Shown: piece after piece, positions 9,216-18,893 of the stretch
Numbering within the stretch: position 1 is the first letter of the stretch
How the letters are laid out: each line of letters opens with the position of its first letter
Origin: an uncultured Actinomycetes bacterium
GTDB lineage: Bacteria > Actinomycetota > Actinomycetes > S36-B12 > UBA10799
Direction: 5' to 3'
Assembly: GCA_946803585.1 (NCBI GenBank)
Contig: CAMPEQ010000005.1
Coordinates: 10,517-74,516 of the forward strand
Length of the DNA stretch: 64,000 nt
Made by a program: the position numbers and the translations under genes
The notes under the pieces: model-generated
What the model was told of the DNA's origin: nothing
Database searches by the model: none
Seen by the model: only the letters and a program-made list of their open reading frames with translations

Positions 9216-10619
9216 GTGGTGCCTGTGCCTTCTCAAGTCGACTCAACTGAATCGATTCCGAGTACTGTCAAACGGTTGCGGGAGTACTTCGAGTCAGGGG
9301 CAACCCAATCGAGTACCTGGCGTGAGGAGCAGCTCTCTGCCCTCGTGACCATGCTTGAGGTCGAAGAGAAGGCGATCCTCGACGCACTCGCCAAGGACAT
9401 CCGAAAGTGCACCTTCGAGGGGCACCTCTCCGAGATCTTTAGTGTTAAGAACGAGGCAATCGAGGCCCGCGATGAGGTCTCCGCTTGGATGAAGCCCGAG
9501 AAGATCCCAATGTCCCTCATTGGCGGAATCGCCGCGAGTACTCGGGTGGTACACGACCCGCTCGGAGTAGGACTGATCATCGGCGCCTGGAACTACCCGA
9601 TCATGTTGACGCTTGGTCCCCTTGTTGCCGCGATCTCCGCGGGCAATACAGCACTGTTGAAGCCCTCAGAGCTAGTTCCCACCTGCGCAGCATTGATCTC
9701 GCGACTCGTACCGCAGTACCTCGACAAGAACGCCTTCGCCGTTGTTGAAGGTGGCATCCCCGAGACCACCGAAATTCTTGCCCAGCGCTTCGACCATATC
9801 TTCTTCACTGGTAGTCCTCCGGTTGCCAAGATTGTGATGGCAGCTGCCGCAAAGAACCTAACGCCGGTCGTCCTCGAACTGGGTGGCAAGAGCCCAGCCA
9901 TCGTCTGTGCCGACGCGAATCTTGGTACGGCAGCTCGGCGCGTGGCCTGGGGCAAGTTCTTCAATGCCGGTCAAACGTGCATCGGAGTCGACTACGCCAT
10001 TATCGAGGATTCCATCTATGACGAGTTCCTCGATCGACTGGCCAGCACTGTGCAGGACTTCTACGGCCCCCTGCCGCAACAAAGCCCCGACTTCGCGCGC
10101 ATTGTTAACGAGGCCAACCTGGATCGCATCCATCAACTCACAGATGGCCAAGAGATCGTTATCGGCGGGCAAACCGACCGAGACGACCTCTACCTTGCGC
10201 CAACTATTCTGCGAGATGTCAGCCCCGACTCCCCCGTTATGCAGGATGAGATCTTCGGTCCAGTCCTTCCCACGATGCGCTTCTCCGACCTCGACGAGGT
10301 GATCTCCTTCATCAACGCAGGCGAGAAGCCACTAGCTCAGTACATCTTCAGCGGGAGCCGTCAGAAGCAGGACCGGATTATCGCCGAGACAAGCTCCGGG
10401 GCCGTTGGAATTAACGACACCCTCAGCCAGATCCTCATCCCAGGTGCACCGTTTGGCGGAGTCGGTCAGAGCGGTATGGGTGCCTACCACGGCTACGACG
10501 GTTACCTGGCGTATACCCATCGGCGGACTGTTCTGACTCGTAGCGCTGCGGTTGATCCTCCAGTCAGGTACCCACCGTATTCCGACCTCAAGGCCAAATT
10601 GACCGGTTGGCTACTTTGA
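9216..10619 (+). CDS. Class 3-type (fatty/aromatic) aldehyde dehydrogenase
   Basis: Catalytic motifs ELGGKSP and NAGQTCIGVDY, with a length typical of ALDH3. Start moved to GTG 9216 (or 9219) behind the AGGAAA SD; the track start is TTG 9198. Confidence 0.88.
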   Translation: MVPVPSQVDSTESIPSTVKRLREYFESGATQSSTWREEQLSALVTMLEVEEKAILDALAKDIRKCTFEGHLSEIFSVKNEAIEARDEVSAWMKPEKIPMSLIGGIAASTRVVHDPLGVGLIIGAWNYPIMLTLGPLVAAISAGNTALLKPSELVPTCAALISRLVPQYLDKNAFAVVEGGIPETTEILAQRFDHIFFTGSPPVAKIVMAAAAKNLTPVVLELGGKSPAIVCADANLGTAARRVAWGKFFNAGQTCIGVDYAIIEDSIYDEFLDRLASTVQDFYGPLPQQSPDFARIVNEANLDRIHQLTDGQEIVIGGQTDRDDLYLAPTILRDVSPDSPVMQDEIFGPVLPTMRFSDLDEVISFINAGEKPLAQYIFSGSRQKQDRIIAETSSGAVGINDTLSQILIPGAPFGGVGQSGMGAYHGYDGYLAYTHRRTVLTRSAAVDPPVRYPPYSDLKAKLTGWLL

Positions 10620-11869
10620 CCGAAACGGCCGTCGACCAACCCGAGGCACTTCGCGAGCACAAGGGGCTGGTCCCGGCATCCGCAGCGCTGATGGTCGCCG
10701 GGTTCCTCACGACCTTCCTGTCCCCGATGCTCGCAACATCGTTCGCTAACGAGTTTGACTTCGGCATCGAACAGGCCGGACTACTCGTCGCCTGCGGGAC
10801 TGCTGGTGTCGCGGTCTCCGCACTCGGAGTTCTGCCGTTCATCGATCGTCTTAACCGTCGAACGCTTGGGATCGTCGGGGTGCTTGTCGCCGCCGCTGGC
10901 ATGGTGGCAACTGGGTTCGCAGCTAGCTTCGGCGTCGTCCTTGTATTGCAGATCTTGGTCGGACTCGGAGCAGGTTTGGCATATGCCGCGGCAAACTCAG
11001 CCCTTGCCTACTCCCGAGTCCCGGAGCGCGCCTTCAGTATCGTGACGATCTCGTGGCTTGTCGTCGGTGCCGCGATGCTGTCGCTGGGACCGGTGCTTCA
11101 TTCTGCCTGGCCAAAGGTCGGGATCTATCTAGCCATCGCCGCCGCCGAACTCCTGTGTCTCGTCCTCATCGTCAGACTTCCCGATGTTCGTAATCTTCCC
11201 AAGGACAATGAGAGCACCGAGGAGCTCGAACAAGAGGTAGATCCCGGGGAAGCCGAAGCATCGCCTTCTCCCCTCGGATCACGTCGAGCCGCCCTACTAC
11301 TCGTTGCCGCCGTACTCGTCATGAACATCGGCAATCTAGTGATCTGGACGTACGCAGAGGACATCGGCGAGAAAGCTGGCCTCTCACCACAAGCAACTGC
11401 GACCTTCCTTGGCCTGAGTCAACTTGTCGGCCTCGTCGGTGCCGGAATAACCCTCTTGATTGGCGACCGAGTCGGGAAAATGATGATCTTCGTTCCAGCC
11501 GTGGTGCTACTGGCCGTTGGCAATCTACTTGTTGGAACCGCGGCGAACCCGGCGATGTTCATCATCGGTTTCCTACTCATCAACATCACCTTCTTCTGCT
11601 TGAGTCCGCTGCTCCTTGCACTTGCCGCCGAGCTCGACTCCAGTTCCGGGCGCCTTGTCGTCATCGTCGGTGCAGCAACGCTCATCGCCGGCGCTATCGC
11701 CCCGGCAATCGGAGGATTCATCGCCGGCAGCGATGAAGTCTGGTCCCGCTTGGGCTACACCGCATTTGCCCTCGCGCTGATTTCCCTACCTGTCCTCATC
11801 GGACCAGTTCGGGCCGCAAAACGACGTCACAACTTAGAAGCAGCTCTAGCAACTCACCAACAGGGCTAA
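10607..11869 (+). CDS. MFS transporter
   Basis: 420 aa with about 12 predicted TM helices in two halves separated by an acidic loop. The start overlaps the ALDH stop (TTG 10607, or the TTGA overlap at 10616). Confidence 0.8.
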   Translation: MATLTETAVDQPEALREHKGLVPASAALMVAGFLTTFLSPMLATSFANEFDFGIEQAGLLVACGTAGVAVSALGVLPFIDRLNRRTLGIVGVLVAAAGMVATGFAASFGVVLVLQILVGLGAGLAYAAANSALAYSRVPERAFSIVTISWLVVGAAMLSLGPVLHSAWPKVGIYLAIAAAELLCLVLIVRLPDVRNLPKDNESTEELEQEVDPGEAEASPSPLGSRRAALLLVAAVLVMNIGNLVIWTYAEDIGEKAGLSPQATATFLGLSQLVGLVGAGITLLIGDRVGKMMIFVPAVVLLAVGNLLVGTAANPAMFIIGFLLINITFFCLSPLLLALAAELDSSSGRLVVIVGAATLIAGAIAPAIGGFIAGSDEVWSRLGYTAFALALISLPVLIGPVRAAKRRHNLEAALATHQQG

Positions 11870-11899
11870 AGACCGCACTACCGAGAGGAACAGAAGAAG

Positions 11900-14800
11900 A
11901 TGAGTTCACAGTTCGAAGCAGTCCCCACCCCGAGTAACCGCGTTCCAATCCTTGGCGATGCGATGCATCTTGACACGAACCATCCGACCCGGTCCCTGAT
12001 GGATCTCGCGGACGAGCTAGGCCCCATCTACGGACTCAAAGCCCCAGGGCAGGACGTCATCGTGGTGACCGGCGGCGACATCATCGAGGAGTGCCTCGAT
12101 GAAACGCGCTTCGAGAAGAACGTTGGCGTGGAACTCATCGCAATGCGTGAAGTCGTGGGCGACGCTGTCTTCACTTCGTGGACAAGTGAGCCAGCGTGGA
12201 AGAAGGGGCACAATATTCTGCTTCCCGCGTTCGCGCCACAGGCAATCAAGGGCTACACCGCGAAGATGGCTGATATCGCCGAACAGCTCATTCTCAAGTG
12301 GGCTCGATTGAACCCCGGCGAGCCGGTTGACGTCAGCACCGATATGACAAAGCTGACCTTCGACACCATCTCGCTCGTCTGCTTCAGCTACCGTCCGGGT
12401 TCGTTCTATCGCCAAGATATGCCGCCCGAGGTACAGGCGCTTGAAGAAGCCATTACCGAGTGCGTCAACCGGCCGAGCCGACTTCCTGGACAGGACGTCT
12501 ACGAGGCCCTCAAGGGCCGGCGCGAGTACAAGGAGAACGTCAGCTACCTCAACCAACTCGCAGACAAGATCATCACCGACCGGGTGGAAGGTGGCAAAAT
12601 TGGCGAGTTCGGAGATGTCCTCGACATCATGTTGACCGAGGCAGACCGGGCATCCGGCGAGAAACTCGACAGGCTCAACATCCGCCAGCAACTCCTCACC
12701 TTCCTCGCAGCGGGCTACGACACCACCAGCGGAATGCTGATGTGGACGGTCTACTACCTCCTGAAGAACCCCGATGCGCTTGCCCGCTGCTACGAAGAGG
12801 TCGATGAGGTGTTCGGCACCGATCTCTCGGTACTGCCCGATGAGACCCAGATACCTAAGCTCCAGTACGTCATGCAGTGCATGAAGGAGGCGCTACGTCT
12901 GTGGCCAGTCGGGCCAGGATTCCAGGTCCGACCGTTAGAGGACGAGGTTCTGGCTGGAAAGTACCAACTCAAGAAGGGGCAGCCAGTTCTGATTCTGACA
13001 CCCCAAGTACAGCGCAACCCAGAGCTCTTCCCCGACCCCGAGTCATTCGATCCCGATCGTTTCTCCCCCGAACTTGAAGCACAGCGGCCTGCCTGGTCGT
13101 GGATGCCGTTCGGAAGCGGGGAACGTGCCTGTATCGGACGTCACTTCTCCTTCTACGAGTCGCAGCTACTACTCGGACTCATCTTGCAGCGGTTCAAACT
13201 CATTGATGAGCCTGAGTACGAGCTCGACATCAAGGACTTCTTCTCCATCAAGCCGATCGATCTTCAGATGCGGATCGAGCCGCGACCGGGCCAGGAGCAA
13301 GCCGTCATGTCGGGGATCGGTCGCGCTGGAACTACCCCAGAAGACGACTCAGCGACGACGACTGAGCCCAAGAAGGCTCAACCCACCTCCGATGTCGGAG
13401 CGGGAAACACAATCACGGTGCTGTACGGGTCCAACCTGGGAACATCGGAACGCGTCGCAAACGAGATCGCCCAAGACGCCCAGACGAATGGCTTCACCGT
13501 CGTCCAGGGTGAGCTGGACTCTTACGTCGACAAACTTCCGACCGAGGGCGTCGTAGTGATCTGTACGTCGTCGTACAACGGCCACCCACCAGACAACGCA
13601 GTCGAGTTCCACAAGTGGCTCGGGTCAGGTCTTGCCCCCGACTCATTGGCCGGGGTGAAGTTCACCGTCTTTGGATCTGGCGACAAGGTTTGGGCATCAA
13701 CCTTCCAGAAGGTACCCGCAGAGATCGATGAGCTCCTCGTCGCCGCGGGCGCCCAGCGCGTCTATGAGCGGGGCGTCGCTGATGCCTCCGATGACTTCGA
13801 CGGGATGTTCCGCCAGTGGTACCGAGACCTCTGGAGCAACGTCGGCGACACCCTGGGTATCGCAATGCAACCAGATGTCGCCAATGAAATCGATCGCTAT
13901 GAAGTAGAGGTCACCGAGTCTCGTCTGCACGGCTCGTTCTTCTCATCGCTAGATGCAACTGGCTTCCGAATTGTCACCAACCGTGAGTTGCTCGGCCGAG
14001 TCGAGCAGCACAGTCCACTGGTTCGCTCGACGCGACATATCGAGTTTGCGGTGCCGCCCGGCGTCACGTACCAGACTGGTGATCACATCGCCCTGATCCC
14101 TAGAAATGCGACCCAAGTGCTCTCCCGTGCGGCAGCAATCGCTGAGCTCGAACTCGACCAGCTAGTGGTCTTGCGCGCGAACTCGAATGGTGGATCGCAT
14201 CTGCCGCTCGATGTCCCGTTTGTTGTCTCCGAGCTGTTCGCGACTCGCCTTGAGCTTCAGGAGCCGATGACCAGAGCACAGATTCGGACCTTGGCGGCGT
14301 TTGCTGACGACGATCGTGAACAGGTCGCCCTCACCGAGCTCGGTTCTGATGAACCTGCTCAGATTGAGCAGTACCGCTCACAGATTCTGGCCAAGCGAAT
14401 CAACCTGTTCGACATGCTCGAGCGGTTCCCTTCGATCGACCTTCCCCTCAATATAGGGCTGGACCTACTACCAGCGCTGCGTCCTCGCTACTACTCGATA
14501 TCCTCCTCGCCAAGTGCTGACCCAGAGGTTCTCAGTATTACGGTTGGTGCGCTTCGTGCTCCAGCACGTAGCGGCGAGGGGAACTACTTCGGGACGTCAT
14601 CGAACTTCCTGAACGAGGCCGCCGTCGGCACTGTCGTGCACGGGTTTGTTCGACCTCCCGGACTACCGTTCAACGTTCCAACTGACCCGAGCACGCCAAT
14701 AATCATGATTGCTACCGGAACGGGGCTCTCACCCTTCAGGGGCTTCCTACAGGAACGAGCAGCCCAGGCAAAGGTCGGCGAGGTCGGCAAGGCCCTATTG

Positions 14801-15154
14801 ATCTACGGATGCCGTGCTCCGGACTCCGACTTCATCTACGAGGACGAAGTACGAGCGTACGAGAAGGCTGGGGTGGTCGAGGTTGTCACTGCCTACTCCG
14901 ATCTACCGGACGGCAAGGGAGCCTGGGTTCAGAACAAGGTCACCGAGAACGCCGATCAGATCTTGGACCTGCTCGATCAGGGCGCAGTCGTCTACGTGTG
15001 TGGTGGCGCCGACACCGTCGCTCCCGCACTGCGGCAAGCATTCGCCGACATCTACTCGGCGGCGCACGGAGCCGACGATGAGCAGGCACAGGCCTGGATC
15101 GAGTCATTACGGTCCTCGCAGCACTATCTAGAAGATGTCTGGGCTGGGCACTAA
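11900..15154 (+). CDS. Self-sufficient cytochrome P450 fused to an NADPH-P450 reductase (CYP102/BM3 type)
   Basis: 1084 aa. The heme-thiolate loop reads FGSGERACIGRHFSFYE. A flavodoxin-like FMN domain follows (TVLYGSNLGTSE...). The FAD motif is RPRYYSISSSP and the NADPH motif is GTGLSPFRGF. Confidence 0.92.
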   Translation: MSSQFEAVPTPSNRVPILGDAMHLDTNHPTRSLMDLADELGPIYGLKAPGQDVIVVTGGDIIEECLDETRFEKNVGVELIAMREVVGDAVFTSWTSEPAWKKGHNILLPAFAPQAIKGYTAKMADIAEQLILKWARLNPGEPVDVSTDMTKLTFDTISLVCFSYRPGSFYRQDMPPEVQALEEAITECVNRPSRLPGQDVYEALKGRREYKENVSYLNQLADKIITDRVEGGKIGEFGDVLDIMLTEADRASGEKLDRLNIRQQLLTFLAAGYDTTSGMLMWTVYYLLKNPDALARCYEEVDEVFGTDLSVLPDETQIPKLQYVMQCMKEALRLWPVGPGFQVRPLEDEVLAGKYQLKKGQPVLILTPQVQRNPELFPDPESFDPDRFSPELEAQRPAWSWMPFGSGERACIGRHFSFYESQLLLGLILQRFKLIDEPEYELDIKDFFSIKPIDLQMRIEPRPGQEQAVMSGIGRAGTTPEDDSATTTEPKKAQPTSDVGAGNTITVLYGSNLGTSERVANEIAQDAQTNGFTVVQGELDSYVDKLPTEGVVVICTSSYNGHPPDNAVEFHKWLGSGLAPDSLAGVKFTVFGSGDKVWASTFQKVPAEIDELLVAAGAQRVYERGVADASDDFDGMFRQWYRDLWSNVGDTLGIAMQPDVANEIDRYEVEVTESRLHGSFFSSLDATGFRIVTNRELLGRVEQHSPLVRSTRHIEFAVPPGVTYQTGDHIALIPRNATQVLSRAAAIAELELDQLVVLRANSNGGSHLPLDVPFVVSELFATRLELQEPMTRAQIRTLAAFADDDREQVALTELGSDEPAQIEQYRSQILAKRINLFDMLERFPSIDLPLNIGLDLLPALRPRYYSISSSPSADPEVLSITVGALRAPARSGEGNYFGTSSNFLNEAAVGTVVHGFVRPPGLPFNVPTDPSTPIIMIATGTGLSPFRGFLQERAAQAKVGEVGKALLIYGCRAPDSDFIYEDEVRAYEKAGVVEVVTAYSDLPDGKGAWVQNKVTENADQILDLLDQGAVVYVCGGADTVAPALRQAFADIYSAAHGADDEQAQAWIESLRSSQHYLEDVWAGH

Positions 15155-15169
15155 CCGGGAGGAATTGAC

Positions 15170-15595
15170 ATGGTGACGAGGACAATCGATATTGCAGCAA
15201 GTCCGGAATCGATCATGGATGTGTTAGCGAATCTGCCAGCAGTCGCCTCCTGGGCGGAATCAACCTCCGTCGAGGTACTCCAAGTTCACGCGGATGGTCG
15301 ACCCGCACGCGCTCGGTGGTCGGAAAGCTACGGGCCGATTCCAGACGAGTTCATTCTGGACTACGAGTGGAACGGCGATGAGTCGTTCAGTTGGCGTCTC
15401 GTCGAAGGTCGGGTATTACAACGCGAGGACGGCAAGTACGAGCTGACTGACGTCGGTCAAGGTGTGACCCGCGTGAGGTACTCCCTCGACCTTGGGCTAG
15501 CTATTCCGCTTCCAACACTGGTCACTGACAAGATCGCGTCATCAGTGGTGGCGGCGGGCCTGGTTGCGCTCAAGGACAATGTTGAGGGAGTCTGA
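15170..15595 (+). CDS. SRPBCC (START/polyketide-cyclase-like) small ligand-binding protein
   Basis: 141 aa with the size and pattern of the SRPBCC family. It starts 16 nt downstream of the P450. Confidence 0.55.
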   Translation: MVTRTIDIAASPESIMDVLANLPAVASWAESTSVEVLQVHADGRPARARWSESYGPIPDEFILDYEWNGDESFSWRLVEGRVLQREDGKYELTDVGQGVTRVRYSLDLGLAIPLPTLVTDKIASSVVAAGLVALKDNVEGV

Positions 15596-15634
15596 CCAAC
15601 GAGGTCCAAGTCGCTAGGACCCGCTCGCAGCGAT

Positions 15635-15660
15635 CCGCGATCGCGCCACCGGGATCGCGG
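15635..15660. terminator. Hairpin between convergent genes (possible bidirectional terminator)
   Basis: ccgcgatc (15635-15642), a 10-nt loop, then gatcgcgg (15653-15660). It sits between the SRPBCC stop and the glutaminase stop. Confidence 0.35.
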
Positions 15661-15662
15661 CG

Positions 15663-17495
15663 TCAGAACTGTGTCTCCGCCATGCTCTCCAGCAGTTCAA
15701 GCATTCGGCGCTGACGGCCTGCAAGCAGTTCAGCCAGACCGCGCAGCATCGCGCTCGCCAGGTCGGGCTCATCCAACTCGAGTTGGTCCCACCGATGCGT
15801 GCTCAAGAACGCGATCCGAGTGGGCTGGGTAGTTACTGCACTCGCCCGATCGAACCCATCGTTGACCATTGTGAGTTCACCGAACACCGCGCCAGGCCCG
15901 ATCCCACGCAGACGGGTTGAATCAATCAGGCTTTCAACAGGTACCAGCAGGTCAACCTCGCCGGAAAGTAGCCAACTGATCCCGGTGGGTCGATCACCAG
16001 AAGCCACGAGCACTTCCCCCTGCGAGTGGTCGGCAAAACTCAGCAGCCCAGCGACGACCGCGAGTTGCTCGCTGGTTAGCGTTGCGAGGATCTGACACTC
16101 CCCGAGTTCAACGAGGACTCCCGGTGTCGGCATCGCGCCACATTCGGCCAGGATGAGTTCATCCTCAAACCGCTGCAGGACTAGGTCGCGGTCGCGATCC
16201 ATCCGAACCCGCCAGCTCTGTGGTGATCGCCGACCACCAGCGTGCTGAGTCTCGACGACGGCGACCTCTACACCCGACTCGACGAGGGCCACGAGCGCCT
16301 CATTCACAATTTTCAATGCGCCCGGATGGAACTCGGCGACTTGTCGAACATCCAATACGAGCCATCCTGCCGACTCGGATGTGCTCGTGTCAGCAATACC
16401 CTCGACGACCTCTTGTGCCCCGAGCAGACTGATTGACCCCTGTAACTCGACGATCCGCAGCTGGTTGCCGTGAGTACTCAGGATCTCTTGCTCGCGTGGG
16501 GTGCGGCCGGTCCGTGCCCGCACCACCTGGCTCGACGTCACCCGACGAATCGGTGATTGTGATGCCCCGGTCGGGAAGTACACGTGCAAATCGAGATCGT
16601 CAGACAGCAACTCCATCGCTTTCACACCGCGCACTGAGTTGCCGTGGCGGTCTAACGGCGGACTCCAGGCTGCGATTCCCAACTGATTAGGCAGGACTGC
16701 CATGATCGCGCCGGAAACGCCGCTCTTGGCTGGCAGTCCCACGCGGTACATCCATTCGCCTGCACCGTCGTACATTCCGCAAGTCGACATGATCGTGAGG
16801 ACCGGAGAGATCAACTCAGGGGGCACGACCTGCTCATTGCTCAGCGGGTTTCGCCCACCAGATGCCAACGTTGCAGCCATGACCGACAGGTCCACAGCGT
16901 TGATAAGTACCGAGCACTGCGCGATGTAACAACTCAGCGCATCCTCAACGTCGATCTCTAGCGACCCAGCGCCCTTCATCAGGTAAGAGATCGCCCGGTT
17001 GCGATCGCTCGTGTCGCGCTCTGATCTCGCGACATTCTCGTCGATCGAGAGCTCGCGGCCCGCAAAGCGCGAGAGACCGTCACGTATCCGTTCAGCCCGC
17101 GCACGATGATCCTTGCCCTCAACGAGGGTTGACGTGACGATCGCACCGGCATTGACCATCGGATTGAGCGGTTTACCCGAAGCAGCCGAGAGAGTGACCG
17201 CATTGAAAGGGTCCCCGGTGGGTTCAATCCCCACGTGATCTAGGACGTAGTCTTCGCCCCTATCCACCAGGGCCATCGCATAGACGAACGGTTTTGACAC
17301 GGACTGGATCGAGAACTCCAATCCCGAGTTCCCGGCGCAGTACGCCTTCCCGTCGACGGTTGTAGTCGCCAGTCCAAACCAGTCCGGGTTGGCTGCGCTC
17401 AACTGGGGGATGTAGCTGGCAAGTTCGCCCGAGCCTTGCCCCGCGAGTTGCTCATGGAGTTGATGCAGACGGCTCTCGATCGGGGTGCGACTCAT
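15663..17495 (-). CDS. glsA: Glutaminase with C-terminal STAS-like and cyclic-nucleotide-binding domains
   Basis: The N-terminal ~310 aa form a serine-dependent glutaminase (SVSKPF nucleophile motif). A STAS-like segment follows (LRIVELQGSISLLGAQEVVEGI...WLVLDVRQVAEFHPGAL). A cNMP-binding segment comes last (GPGAVFGELTMVNDGFDRASAVTTQPTRIAFL). Confidence 0.88.
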   Translation of the reverse strand: MSRTPIESRLHQLHEQLAGQGSGELASYIPQLSAANPDWFGLATTTVDGKAYCAGNSGLEFSIQSVSKPFVYAMALVDRGEDYVLDHVGIEPTGDPFNAVTLSAASGKPLNPMVNAGAIVTSTLVEGKDHRARAERIRDGLSRFAGRELSIDENVARSERDTSDRNRAISYLMKGAGSLEIDVEDALSCYIAQCSVLINAVDLSVMAATLASGGRNPLSNEQVVPPELISPVLTIMSTCGMYDGAGEWMYRVGLPAKSGVSGAIMAVLPNQLGIAAWSPPLDRHGNSVRGVKAMELLSDDLDLHVYFPTGASQSPIRRVTSSQVVRARTGRTPREQEILSTHGNQLRIVELQGSISLLGAQEVVEGIADTSTSESAGWLVLDVRQVAEFHPGALKIVNEALVALVESGVEVAVVETQHAGGRRSPQSWRVRMDRDRDLVLQRFEDELILAECGAMPTPGVLVELGECQILATLTSEQLAVVAGLLSFADHSQGEVLVASGDRPTGISWLLSGEVDLLVPVESLIDSTRLRGIGPGAVFGELTMVNDGFDRASAVTTQPTRIAFLSTHRWDQLELDEPDLASAMLRGLAELLAGRQRRMLELLESMAETQF

Positions 17496-17842
17496 TGTGC
17501 CTGGCGGATCTCTTTTGCCACCTCGAAAGGCTCAGGAACTTCTAGAACAAGGCGCTTGTACTTGTCGCCGAGGAGATTGATCACGAGGACATGGTCGGCC
17601 CGATGGACGTACCAAAACTGGATATCGTCACCGGTCCCAAAGCTCCCAGCATCAAGGATTCCGGGGATTCCCGCACCAGCGCGCTTAAACCCTGGCCGTT
17701 TCACTTCGATCAGCGGTTTCGCCTCCACGGAATCGATTGAACTCAACGGCACAACGATCTGGCTCTTAAGGGAGAGAACCCGACCGACCCCCTTGATCGT
17801 GACATCGAGGTTCTGACCGTCAATCTTCACCGTTGCCGTCAT
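17492..17842 (-). CDS. Hypothetical small protein (possibly PH-domain-like), translationally coupled to the glutaminase
   Basis: Start taken at ATG 17842 (MTATVKIDGQNLDV...), which avoids overlap with the divergent esterase gene. Its TGA stop overlaps the glutaminase ATG (ATGA at 17495-17492). Family not recognised with confidence. Confidence 0.45.
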   Translation of the reverse strand: MTATVKIDGQNLDVTIKGVGRVLSLKSQIVVPLSSIDSVEAKPLIEVKRPGFKRAGAGIPGILDAGSFGTGDDIQFWYVHRADHVLVINLLGDKYKRLVLEVPEPFEVAKEIRQAQ

Positions 17843-17891
17843 GTCTAGGACGGTACCGGAACCGGCAGCACCGGCGTGATTGGATGCTGTA

Positions 17892-18881
17892 ATGAAACGT
17901 CTCGTTCTGGTGGCTGCGCTCACTGCGCTTGTGATGACTGGGTGCTCGGGCACTTCAACGGACACCTCCACTCAAGGTGGTGACCCAACGGCCCAGGCAG
18001 AGGTAACGCCGGTCGCATCGGACTGCTCAACACCACGGCCCGCGCAGGTCGGCACGACGACCGAGACAATCACCGTCGACGGGATCCCGCGCAACTACCA
18101 ACTCAACGTTCCTCCGAGCTACGACCCAACGCAGCCAACCCCGGTGGTCATGACCTTCCACGGCCGCGGGAGTAACTCCGGTCAGCAGTTGCTGGTGACC
18201 GGGTTTGGCGGCGCCTCGGATGAGAACGGCTTTATTCTGATCGCGCCGGATGCGATTGGCGGCCAATGGGACCTACCCAGCGGATCAACGACGACCACCA
18301 GTGACACCGACTTTGTCGCCGAGGTGCTGACCGAAGTCCGCGAGGACCTATGTACGGATATCACGCGAACCTACGCGTCTGGGTTCTCGCTGGGATCAGC
18401 TTTCACTCTGCTCCTAGCCTGCGCACCGACTCAAACGTTCGCCGCATTCGGTGGTGCTGGCGCGAGCTTCTACCAATCGGACTGCGACAATTCCCCACCC
18501 GCTCCAATCATCTACTTCCATGGAACGAAGGACCCAGTTGTCCCGTTCAAGGGTGGGTCAGTCGCAGGCTCGCCGTCGAATGACCCGACATCGACGGTGA
18601 CTCCAGCCACCGACAATATGGCTGGCTGGGCTGCACACAACGAGTGCACAACGGGACCGACTAAGAAGACATTCGGACAGACAACGCGACTGCTATGGAG
18701 TGATTGTGCGAATAGTGCCGATGTTGACTTCTACCGCACCAGTGGAGGCGGCCACACCTGGCCAGGAAGCAGCGAGACGATCGCGGCATTCCTGGAAAGC
18801 TCTCTTGGGACGACGACTCAAGATGTCGACGCCACTGAGTTGATGTGGGAGTTCTTCAGCCAGTACCAACTACCGGGTTGA
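17892..18881 (+). CDS. Secreted lipoprotein esterase, PHB-depolymerase/LpqC (COG3509)-like
   Basis: Lipoprotein signal MKRLVLVAALTALVMTGC. HGRGSN and GFSLGS (GxSxG) motifs. Overall resembles the COG3509 esterase family. Confidence 0.7.
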   Translation: MKRLVLVAALTALVMTGCSGTSTDTSTQGGDPTAQAEVTPVASDCSTPRPAQVGTTTETITVDGIPRNYQLNVPPSYDPTQPTPVVMTFHGRGSNSGQQLLVTGFGGASDENGFILIAPDAIGGQWDLPSGSTTTTSDTDFVAEVLTEVREDLCTDITRTYASGFSLGSAFTLLLACAPTQTFAAFGGAGASFYQSDCDNSPPAPIIYFHGTKDPVVPFKGGSVAGSPSNDPTSTVTPATDNMAGWAAHNECTTGPTKKTFGQTTRLLWSDCANSADVDFYRTSGGGHTWPGSSETIAAFLESSLGTTTQDVDATELMWEFFSQYQLPG

Positions 18882-18893
18882 GTGCCGCCCGAT

